Both the position numbers and the translations under genes were made by a program. From Owenia fusiformis (Eukaryota), in contig CAIIXF020000001.1 in NCBI GenBank assembly GCA_903813345.2, forward strand, positions 1,054,001-1,118,000: a stretch of 64,000 bases of DNA, in the 5' to 3' direction. This document shows, piece by piece, positions 1 to 12,100 of the stretch; within the stretch, counting starts at the first letter, position 1; each line of letters begins with the position of its first letter. The notes beneath the pieces are model-generated. The model was not told the DNA's origin and searched no databases. It saw only the letters and a list, made by a program, of their open reading frames with translations.

Positions 1-106
1 AAATATGTGTACAGTATATTTCCCTAGGAATAAACCCTGCATCCAAACCCCCCCCCTCCCCCCCAGTACATAAACCTTTACTTCCTTAGAATGGAATAAA
101 GCAAAC

Positions 107-3100
107 CTTGATGACTCTACACAGCAATATTTCATATTTCTGGTGTACGATGCGGTGTTTTGCCGTAACTTTATTCACCATTGGAATGAATGTCTGGTAC
201 CGCCTTCCCATCTGAACAACCAATGAGGACAGTGCATCCATAGCGCTAGTACGTAGCTCAGGACAACTATCAAGCACTCTAACTATTGGATGAATGATTC
301 GTGATGCAAAGTCTGTCAGGTCTAAACTGTCTGTTAGATGATCTATAGTCTCTAAGGCACATCTGGAAATGTTTAAAACGAAAACAATAATGTTTTTAAA
401 ATCCCATATTTTGCGATTTTAAAAAATTTTGTGATTCACTGATGTTGCCCTGTGTTTTTATACACAAAAATAATCCCTTAATAAATTTTCCATTACAAAC
501 ATATTAAACTGACAACAAATAACGAGCTAGCACATACTGCATTTGCTAAAATCAGGAATAGAACTGATGCTTTAAGTAGATGATTCAAGTTAGCAGTTAA
601 TATATGTAGCAATATCGATCTAGTTTTTAAATACATTTACATAATACCATTACACAAACCAAAACAACTTACTTTCGCACTGATACAGGGACATCTGGAG
701 TATCAAATAATTTGACAATAGGTGGCAGTAAAAGATGAAGATAGTCATCCAAGTTTGCACCAAATAACTGCAGTGCATTCAAAAGCTGAAATAAAATATA
801 TGATGTTTATTAATTCAAATTCTTAGTACAATGCTCAAGTGCACCTAGATTACACTTCAAAATGTAGTGATTACAATACACAATTTTTGATTAGGTTGAA
901 AGACTGAATTGGTCTGCCGTAAGTTTATACTTTCTCTATTCACTCCCAAACTTGCATCTGGCATGTCTAACACAAAAATCAGATTTCTCCAAACTGAGTT
1001 AGCTCTCCAAAAGAAGGAGTTACCTATTCATGAAGTAAATACAGTGATATTTTCAAACTTTTTTTGATTACCTTTGTAGTAACTAGGCGCATATGACTGT
1101 TGTCATGCATGAAGACTCGGAGTATCTGTGGCACAATCTGGGGAAGATATATCTTAAATTCTGTTCCCAAGGCAACAACTATCTGCTCCACTAACAAGAT
1201 TATAGTGTTCTGCATTGGACTGTTCAGAGTCCAGTAATCCTAGAAAACAAGATTTTACCAATACATTTTAGAATTTCACACAATTTAATTTTCAAAACAA
1301 GGACATAAACATGCAAAACAAGTCTCCATCATGAAAATGCGTAGACAATGTTTTTACAGAGAAGATTTTAGGACAGAAAATCCAAAATGGCTGCCTTAAC
1401 ATTGACCCAGAATGCCCAAAAACTAATTAGTTTGAGATTACAAAGAATCATCCCTGAAAAATTCATATTGATCCATCAAAGAGTATGCCTAAATCACATA
1501 GACAAGATTTTACAATGGAAGCTTCAAAAATGGCTGAAGATCAAAAAGCAGATTTTTTTACTATTTTTTTCTTTTTACAAAAATTATCACATTTAATTAC
1601 TGTTAACAGTAACAAGGGTTTTCATACAGGACACCTGAAATTATTTTATAGTTTAATTAGGAAAAATTCAAAAGCATCTTATGAATTTGATAATGTTTGC
1701 AGACAACAATTTTAGCATTTGACTTCAAAATGGTTGACATCGAGTCAAAGATAGTACCGCATCTGTGAGTACTCAAAGTTATCTCTGTGAATTTTAAGGT
1801 GACTATTTCGAATATTAAAGCATATATCATCAGTTGTGTGAAAGTATAAACTAGTACATGGAGTATTGTGCTTGAACAGAATGCCAGCCTGAAATAAGAA
1901 CCAACTGATGCGTTGGCCACAAAAACTAGTCACAAAAATGGTAACTATAACAATATGTCTAAATGTGTTATTGATGACCAAGTATTTAAACAATGACAAT
2001 TTTTCTTCCGCTGCCAAAATTTATCATACTGCAACTTTCATTTGCTAGGATTACATAAGTGTCCAATTCATAGATAATTAAAAAATTATAAAAATCATGA
2101 TATTATGATTATTCTTTCTTTTTTGATACCAAGGAGATAGTTATTTCACAAAAATTGTATTTATTATGAGTAATTATAACATACCTATGATGATGCATAG
2201 TGCAAAGTGTACACAAGACAGCGGGCCAATATAAGTTGTGAAAAGCCCGCAGGTGCTGACATCATAACCAATCAATCGAAGATAAAACTGCGCGAGCAAT
2301 TTTTCTAAACTCATTTCAATAGTTTTCAAACCATTTGTTTGTCAATTCTATTAGAAAACGGTACTCTCTGACCAGTCTACATCATCATAGGTATGTTATA
2401 AATCGTTTATGTCACTATCGTGGCACATATGCCCTCGGTTTTCAGAGATCAATGTCCCTCCCAAGGTCGGGCCATATATCACTGAGACCTCGGGCATATA
2501 TGCCACGATAGTGACATAACCTCTAATTATGGTGGCAATTTGTAAAACTGGCGGCTATTTTTAAAATTGGGTCTTGAGCAGAACTTCCATGGTGCATATA
2601 CATGTACAAATATTAGATAACAACAATGCCAAAGTGTAGCAAATCCCATCAAACAGCCATGGCTGCCACTTCTAAAAAATCCTTCTACCACTTTTTCAGA
2701 TATGGCAAAAATTGTAAAATAGCATAAAGTCCACCATTTTTCAAGATGGCTGTCATGTGTTTCTCAAATGTCTACATATCGAGCTTCATTATGTCCTATA
2801 TAACTTTGTTACATTTAAACATATTGCTATTTCAGTTTTATATATATGTTTTCAAACGAGCAGCGATTTTGATAATCAGCTAATTAAACAGAACTTCTAA
2901 ACCCATAGGGCATATGTGTACAAATATGAATAAAATCAGGCCACAGGTATTTGAGTTATTGCCCGGATAGACAAACTAACTGACGAATGTATTGACGTAC
3001 GTACGCCATCCTGTTTTGTGATAGAAAACAGTGAACATTTTGTTAATGATAATTCTTCTGCAATGTTAAACAGACATGTGAATGTGAGGGCTGTTTGTAA

Positions 3101-6100
3101 TAAAATTACACAAAATTAGCTTCATAAAAGGGGCACTGATATTTTGACCAATTTTTTTTTTTTATTAATATATTGCAATCACTTTTAGATCAGTGGCACA
3201 TAGTTAAAAAACTAGTGCAGCAGTTAAAACATACAATACATGTGTACAAGTACAATTCTAAAGCAGAGCTAAAAACATTTGCGCAATAAGACATAAAAAC
3301 AAAACTAAAACATTTGCAATACATTAACTTGTTGGTGCTACATATATGTTTTTGATAAAATACTTTGAGCATGCATCAAAAATATAACCTTGTTCTTGAC
3401 CCAAGATAGCATAGGCCGCATCCCCAAGCACCCATTCTAAACCATTATTGGGAATACATGTCTTAAAATAATTATAAATGTGTTGAAGTCTATTCTCAAT
3501 GCTATTATAAAATATAAACCTTTCCTCTTTAAACTGGCAGGAGTTTCTTTACAGCTCATATTACAAAACGAACACATTCCATCACTTATACCCCATCTCT
3601 CAAGATCAATGGCGAGACCAAAGCATCCTGATCTGGCCTTGAATTTAAGTTTTTGAGCATAGAAGTCAAAATCAGTTTTAAGGTATTTTTCCATAAGTGT
3701 GTTTCTTTTAATATTACTATATACTGTAATTGACTTTTTCTGGTTTATCGAGTCAAAAAATGTATTGCGTAATAAATCATTAGATATTTTCAAATATGAC
3801 GAGTACCAATCTGTGTCCTCTCTGTATATTACATCGTCTAAACCATGGTTGGTCAAAATATCTTTAATGCTAGAAAAATAAGACCAGGTGGCTGTATTTC
3901 CCTTTTTAAAGTCCTCAAACATATAATTGAAAATATTCTTGTGGAGCCCTGCTTTAAGAGAGCTCTTTAAGTAGATAAAATAGTCAATTTTTCTTTTTTC
4001 TATAACATTACATATAGGCCTCCATCCCAAGTCACCGAACAGGGCCTCCTTAGCAGGATTACACTTGAGTTGTAATAGCGATTTTCCTATCTTATATTGA
4101 AAGGTAGCTAGTGTTTTACAATTTGATTTGTTCAATACGAAGGTACTACAACCATGCAAAATTGCAGGTACAAACATTGAATTATATATAGTATCACCAA
4201 AGCTTATGCGCTTTGCATTACAGTGTTTACTCAGAGTTGAACACAACATGCCTTGCATGCGTTTAGCTTTTGGCTTAAGGAAGGCATCTATGTGATAGGT
4301 GTCCTTTAATGTCCTATCAAAGTAGAACCCCAGATATTTATAGTTTTGAACTTCAGTTAGTTGAAGATCACCAAGATGCCAAATTTTTTCTTTATTGATG
4401 CGCTTACCTATCACCATTACTTTTGACTTTTTTTGGGCTATATTTAACGCCCCATTTTAGTGAAAATTTATTTGCAATTTGTAACATTTTGTTCAATTCC
4501 CCTTCAGATTCTGCCATAAGGACGATATCATCTGCAAAAAGCAGAGCAGGGACATTTCCATTATTAAAAGGTATTCCTGTGTTTTCTGAATGTAGCATCT
4601 CAATTAATTCTGTCATTATGAAGGAAAAAAGCATAGGGGATAAACAGCAGCCCTGTTTCAGGCCTGTGGGAGCACTATACTATCACTCTCAGGGTTGTTA
4701 CCTGTGATTGGAGTGTCATTTTCAAAATTTAGATTTTTCATAAGTTCATTATCAAAATTATCACCATTTGACTTTCCAAATAAGACCTTATTTTTGACAT
4801 CTTTATAGGATTCACGGAGCAGTCTCCAAGTTTTACCCTGGATACCTTTTTCCCAGAGTTTCATGAAAAGAAGATCTCTATCGATAACATCAAAAGCTTA
4901 AGTCATATCAAGAAAAGCCAAAAAGGTCTTTTTGCGTTTATTTTTACGAATACTACAGAGACCTTTTAGGGCAAATATGTGATTCTCTAAACGTAGATTA
5001 CTGCGAAACGCACCCTGGAGATCACCAAATAAGTTCTTTTCTTCACAGAAAAACATTATTTTGCGCTCAAGAAGGGCAGTAAACAACTTAATATATAAAC
5101 ATTCGAGTTTATAGTAATTCCACGATAGTTATTAAGGTCCTCCGTATCGCCATTCTTATGCAATAGTTTCAAGAGCCCATATTTGCACCCTTGGTATACG
5201 CAGCTAACGAAAATTGACCGGTACGGGTCAAAAGCTGGACCGGTACGAGTTAAAGTCCCCGTCTAAAGTTTGAAAATAATTTTTTATCATTCATTTACTA
5301 TTTGTCAGGACTTAAAAAGTGATTTTAGAGATTTTTGAACAAAAAAAAATTTTTGAAAAAAAAGTTGTGAGCATTTCATTTTTCAAATATTCAAATTTCC
5401 CGCCATTTTTCAAAAAAAGTTGAAATTTCTTAATCATCAAATATTTTTTAATGCATTTCAAAAAAGATTATCTTTTTAACACCAATGCAAAGGTTAAACA
5501 AAGGACACACTATTTCAATAATAAAATGCCATATTTAATGGGCCACTTCAATGTTTTAACATATCAAAAATATTTTGAAACATTAGTGATGTCACTAAGG
5601 TACCAAAAACTTTTTGAAAAAAATTGAAATTTTTTTTTCGATGTCAATCTTTTCTAAATATGTTAGACTTTCATAAAAAACAATGTTGATTGTCTAAACA
5701 GGTTAAAAGGAAGAATAAATTATGTTTTAGATATCATTGTACCATTGGTTTCTATGAGAACTAAAATTTTGAAATGCATTTTTTTTAAAAATATTTTTTA
5801 ATGCATTTCAAAAAAGATTATCTTTTTAACACCAATGCAAAGGTTAAACAAAGGACACACTATTTCTATAATAAAATGCCATATTTAATGGGCCACTTCA
5901 ATGTTTTAACATATCAAAAATATTTTGAAACATTAGTGATGTCACTAAGGTACCAAAAACTTTTTGAAAAAAATTGAAATTTTTTTTTCGATGTCAATCT
6001 TTTCTAAATATGTTAGACTTTCATAAAAAACAATGTTGATTGTCTAACCAGGTTAAAAGGAAGAATAAATTATGTTTTAGATATCATTGTACCATTGGTT

Positions 6101-9100
6101 TCTATGAGAACTAAAATTTTGAAATGCATTTTTCCCAGAACCATTTTCATGCACTGATAAGTTCATTTCTCGCTTATTTATGAACCGATTTTCTTAATTT
6201 TTTCGGCAAAAAACATGGGAGGATGAATGCATGCATTGGTATGAATTCTGGCTAATTAGAAGATATGAGTGACCTCTAAAATTTGGTTTTAAATATATTC
6301 ACAAATTTTGGAACAAAAAGTCTATCAAAAACCACTTTTTTAAATTAAAAAAAAAAGTTTCACATATCACATTTTGATAACATTCGGTAAGACTACAATA
6401 TAAGCCAAAGTGGTTTAATTTATTTATTTATTTATTTATTTATTTAGAAAAAATGTATATACAATAATAATACATGACTAATACTGACACCAAATGGCAT
6501 ATAAAAGTATAATGTCAAGTATCAAAAAAAAGTATCACTAGCAAATATAAAAAATATATATATATAGTCTAACTAGTTTACAATGGTATATAGGTATATG
6601 AGTTTCATATATACAAGTATTTACATGATATAACATAGTACAATGCATACACTAAGCATGTATGTACGTTGTGTTTTTAAATGATGTGCCATGACTATTG
6701 TAATATACAATGCGTGGATAGTAAATAAAGATGTTTAATAAGACAGATTCTTTATAAGTAGCTTGACAAGAGGTCAGATTTGTAGGCCTTTTTAAAGGAG
6801 ATTATAGATTTTGACATTTTTGTGGAATTTTTAAGAGAATTCCATAGTGAAGGCCCATTACGTTTTATGGAAAATTTGTTCGCATGTTCAATATGGAAGT
6901 TGTCACATTGGCGGGTATTATAACTATGTGTATCACAGTTTATTTCGAAATTTGTATCGAGTAGAGAATTTAGTATTTGGTCACCATCTTTTATTTGGTA
7001 CATGAAAATTGCTGTATTCAGCTTATTTATATCATATATATTCAGAAGATTAAGTTCTTTGAATAATGAAGCTGTATGATCAAGGTATTTTTTTCCTAAA
7101 ACAATGCGAACAAATCGTTTTTGAATCATGTGAATTTTATTAAGATAAGATTTGTAGTTGTTACCCCAAATAATATTGCAGTAATTGAGTTGAGAGTGAA
7201 TAAGAGAGTAGTATATACTGAGCAAAGCACTTTTTGTTAAAAGATTATGGACTCCATACAAGACCCCAATGCACTGAGAAATCTTTTTTTCTAAGTTTTT
7301 GATATGCTCTTTGAAAGTTAAATTGGCATCAATAGCTATTCCTAAGAAAGATATAGTGATGTCTTGCTTGAGTTTGGTGTCATTTATTTTGAGAAAATGA
7401 TTGTTAGAAGTTTTACCTGGTCCAAAGAGAATCCATTTAGTTTTGTCAATGTTTAAAGAAAGTTTATTGGCATTGATCCAGTCACTGAGCTTTGAAAGTT
7501 CTTCATTTGCGGTGTCAAATAGAGTGGGTAAATCTTTGTGAGAGGCCAAGAGATTGGTATCATCAGCAAATAGTATGAATTCAAAGAAATCAGAGGATTT
7601 GTAGATGTCATTTATGTAAAGAAGAAATAAAATAGGACCAAGCACTGAACCTTGAGGGACACCATGAGATAATGAGGTTTGTTTCGATTTACAGCCATTA
7701 GAAATAACAGTCTGAAGACGTTGAGTTAAGTAACTTTGAAACCAAGAAAGGGTAACACCGCGCATTCCGTAGTGTGAGAGTTTATCTAATAATATATTAT
7801 GATCAATAGTGTCAAATGCTTTTGAGAAGTCTAATGATATCCCTAGTGAAGGAATTTTGCTTCCATTTGCACATCTTATCTTTTCAATAAAAGTTAGAAG
7901 TGGCATGTATGTAGACTTTTTCTTCTGGAAACCAAATTGGTTTTTATAAAGTATTTCAAATTTGTTTAGAAAGCTTACAAGGCGAGAGTGTACGCATCTC
8001 TCGAGTAATTTTGAAAATACGGATAACACTGAAATGGGCCTGTAATTTGAAAAGAGCTGAGTATCTCCCTTTTTGAAAATTGGTGTGACTTTTCCTACTT
8101 TTAATTGATTGGGAAATGTTCCAGTTGATAGTGAGAGATTGAAGATATATAGTAGTGGCCTGACGAGATAAGCACCAACAGATTTTATTATATCAGCCTT
8201 GAACCCATCAAGGCCTGGCGCGGCTGTATTTTTTAAGGCTGTTATTTCCGTTGATAGCTCGCTTTCTGTTATCGGGCTGAAAAATAAGGATGAAGAGACG
8301 TGTTTAATCTTCTTGAGATGCTCTTTAAAGGATGAATTAGATGTGGGGATTTTATCTGCCAATGATTTACCAATATTGGCAAAATAATTATTGAAACCAT
8401 TGGATATTTTTGAACTATCATTACTGAGGACCCCGTTAATAAGCATAGGGACAGTTGATGTTTTGTTGAACTTTGAGCGCCCCAACACTTGATTTATTAG
8501 TTGCCATGTTTTTTTCATGTTTCCACTCACCATTGCAAATTTGTTTTCAAAGTGCATTTGTTTGGCATATCTAATAATATGCTTGAGCTTATGACTGAAT
8601 GATTTGTAGATTTTCTTATTATGTTCATTGGGGTATTGGATGAATTTTTTGTATAAATTATTCTTACGTTTCGCTGATGTCAGTATTGCAGTTGAAAGCC
8701 ATGGGCGTGAGGGGTCAAAGTAATGTGAAGATTTGAATGTTTTTATAGGAAAACATTGATTGAATATGATTGAAAGTTCTTTATCAAAATTGGAATAAGC
8801 TTCATTTACATCGTTAGTATTTTCAATATTATGCCATATCATAGTTTTGACTTGTTCTTTGAAGCTTGATTTATTGGTGTTATTAAATTGCCTGAATGAA
8901 ACTGTGGACGTTTTAATTTTTTGGGCTTGCATTTCAGTAAGGGCGTATATTGGAAAGTGATCAGATATGTCTTCAAGAATAATACCTGCTCTAGAAATAC
9001 TTGGAGCATTTGTAAATATATTGTCAATTAGAGTCGCAGTGTTTCTGGTTATTCTGGTTGGTCTATAGATAAGTGGTATAAGGTTATGTGAGTAAAATAG

Positions 9101-12100
9101 ATTTAAAAAATCCTGAGTAGCATGGTTGCTTTCTGCTTTTAAAAGGTCACAATTAAAATCACCAAGAATATACACTGTTTTTTTTTCCTTTGAGATAGTA
9201 TCAAGAAGTGCTTGAAGATCAGTATTGAATTCCTCTTGATTAGTGTTAGGAGGTTTATATATAATTGAGATTAGGATGTTTTTATTTTTTGAGTTGGTAA
9301 GCTGGATGGTCAGGGATTCACATGAGTCGTGGTTGATCTGAAGATCATCACGTCTAACATATTCTACGGCTTTGTTGATGAAAAGGCCGACACCTCCTCC
9401 GGTTTTGATCTTTCTACTATTAAATTCAGAATTATAATTCATGAGAGTTGCTTGACATTCGGTATGGCTCTTCAGCCAAGTTTCAGTACATCCAATTATT
9501 GAGAATGATTTAGTTAAGAGACTGAGCATTGTTTCTAGTTTTTGTTGATTGGCAGAGAAACTACGAATATTCAAGTTTAGGAGACTAAGACCATTCTTAG
9601 GTGAAGAATTGAGAACTTCACTTAATTGATTGGGGGAGTGGTAGTTACAATGCTGTACAAGGTTATCAGTGATACCTCTGATTGATTCACTGCTGTTGTC
9701 AGCAGCATCGTTAAATGAAATTGGATCAAAGAGTAAATCTTCAAAAGTAGAAGCACTTGGACCATAAGGTGCTATAGATAGGAAATCGCTATCATGAACA
9801 TTATAAAATGGTAGAGTAGTACAATAGCATGGCGCATCATTCACTACGAGTGAAGAATAATTCATTTGCTTGATAATTTGGTTGATAAAAATAGAATATA
9901 ACAATGATAATAATGATAGATGTTAAAGTCTAATAATAAAATTCCTAGAAAATTGATAACGTAATGCCTATGATTGAAAGCAAATCAAGTATAGGCTGAT
10001 TGTAAAAAAAAAACTGGTTCCTGCAGGTGATTTCAGGAGTACTAGTAAATTACAAATGCACAGAACTTATTCTTTATATGGGGCCTTTAACGGTTTTATT
10101 TGAATTTAAAAAGCCATAACTTGCTCAATATTGACTTCCTCGTGTCTAATTTGAAATATATTGATGCCTCCCGATGCTTTTAAGTACCCCAATTTTTTAC
10201 AGATTTTTAAACGGACCAAAACTCTCTAAATGTGCATTTATGCTCTTTTCTCTCGAGAACGACTGTCTCATTTTCACGATAACTTTTATTTAGTACTTCT
10301 AACATATAAGATCTACTTTTCCCCATCAAGGTATGATGTAAATGACATGCTATTTACATCTTGTGAGTTTCAATGACGCACGTTTGATTTTATAAAAAAT
10401 GCCAAACTTTGTGACAAAGAATTTCATCCTGCTTGCAGCGAGAAGACGGACCGGTTCGGGGCAATCTGCTTGCAGCGAGAAGACGGACCGGTTCGGGGCA
10501 ATAGCTGATGAAATTCTTTGTCACAAAGTTTGGCATTTTTTATAAAGATTGATATGGGATTGAACATGTAATTCTTTAATTTTTTCCTGATCTTGCTGTT
10601 TTCGAGATATATAAAAATCCCACATTTCAGATACAATATTTGGATCGCTAGTTTTGGCGCGGGCCCAATATCTATAAAAGCGGCATGCCGTTTTGCGGTT
10701 CTGAATCAATTCTTCAATGTGAGACTGAAGTGCAATAAATGTTTCGTAATCAAATTAACTATTTCTCAAATGTTCGAGATGGCCTTTCATGAAATGTACT
10801 CATTGAAGGTTTGTTACTTTCTGAAAGATTATACATGTAGTATTACTGATTCAAGTTTAAACAAGGCACATGACGTGAACGAGATCACACCATCAAATAG
10901 GCAGACACTATGAACCAGGAAAACTGTTCTCCTATTATGTTAACAAATTTCAAGAACAAGAAAACAAGATGGCCGCCCAAAAGTTAATCAGCTCTAGTAC
11001 TTGATATCCTCTATCATTTGTGTAAATTTGAAGGAAATCCGATGAGCGGTTTTCCTGAAATGGCGATGACAAGATTTTTCGAAAAACCTTCAAAATGGCC
11101 ATCAGAAAACAAGATGGCCGCCCAAAAGTTAATCAGCTCTAGTACTCGATATCCTCTATCATGTGTGTAAATTTGAAGGAAATCCGATGAGCGGATTTTC
11201 TGAAATGGCGATGACAAGATTTTTCGAAAAATCTTCAAAATGGCTGCCAGAAAACAAGATGGCCGCCCAAAAGTTAATCAGCTCTAGTACTTGATATCCT
11301 CTATCATTTGTGTAAATTTGAAAGGAAATCCAATGAGCGGTTTTCCTGAAATGGCGATGACAAGATTTTTCGAAAAACCTTCAAAATGGCTGCCAGAAAA
11401 CAAGATGGCCACCCAATCTCTGCGAATTTGGAGAAAATCTGATGTGCAGTTTTCCTTAAACGGCGATGACAAAAAGCGGGACGATCACGATCACGACCAC
11501 GACCACGACCAGTATGACGACTATATCCCACCGATGGTGTGATAAAAATGAAAATAGTACCTTAATCAGCTCAAAGATGTCATCAAGGTAGTTCCTAACA
11601 TGATGCTTCACAATGCTTATGATGACCCCTAGCTGTTGGAACAGGAACTAAAAGTACATGTAAATATCGAACTTATGAATGATGTCAATATGTAAACAGT
11701 TGTGAATGAACAAACAGGCAGGTAGCCAGCTTTCAAAGACTGGGGGGGGGGGGTCGGGCATTCTTTAATATGTTCAGATTTAACAATTTTGGTCCAAAAT
11801 GTTGAAAAACTTACAGCTTCAGCTTAAAATGTTGTATCTTGATTCGAGGAAAGCAATAGATTCAAAATTTCATAACATTTGATATTGATTAAAATGAAGC
11901 CCAATGAACCTTCTAGTAAATGATTTCCTTTAAAGTTCAAATAAAGTTGTGTTTATATTTTGTAAAGCCATGCATTTATTAATTAAATTTACCTCTCTGA
12001 AGTTGGCATCTGACGTTCTGATAACATTAAGATAGGCAGGCATGACTTGTTGCAGATACGTGACACACTTAATGCCGAGGCTCTTGAAGATGAAAGTGAT

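Larger units (their letters stand above)
5254..10086. mobile_element. Kolobok-like non-autonomous DNA transposon hosting the LINE
   Basis: TTAA at 5250-5253 and 10087-10090 flank imperfect TIRs AGTCCCCGTCTAAAG and AGGCCCCATATAAAG (reverse complement), 12/15 identical. A TTAA target with RR termini is the Kolobok signature. Confidence 0.5.

Noticed and set aside
6752-9904. Prokaryotic RT system (retron, DGR or group II intron) pairing an RT with nearby repeats and hairpins
   Set aside because: The RT is fused to an APE endonuclease with a simple-repeat tail, typical of LINEs. Neighbouring repeats are explained by separate eukaryotic TEs.
11014-11542. ORFs with RD/DH dipeptide runs
   Set aside because: Derived from the 145-bp satellite and the hexamer microsatellite of a HINE-like element.
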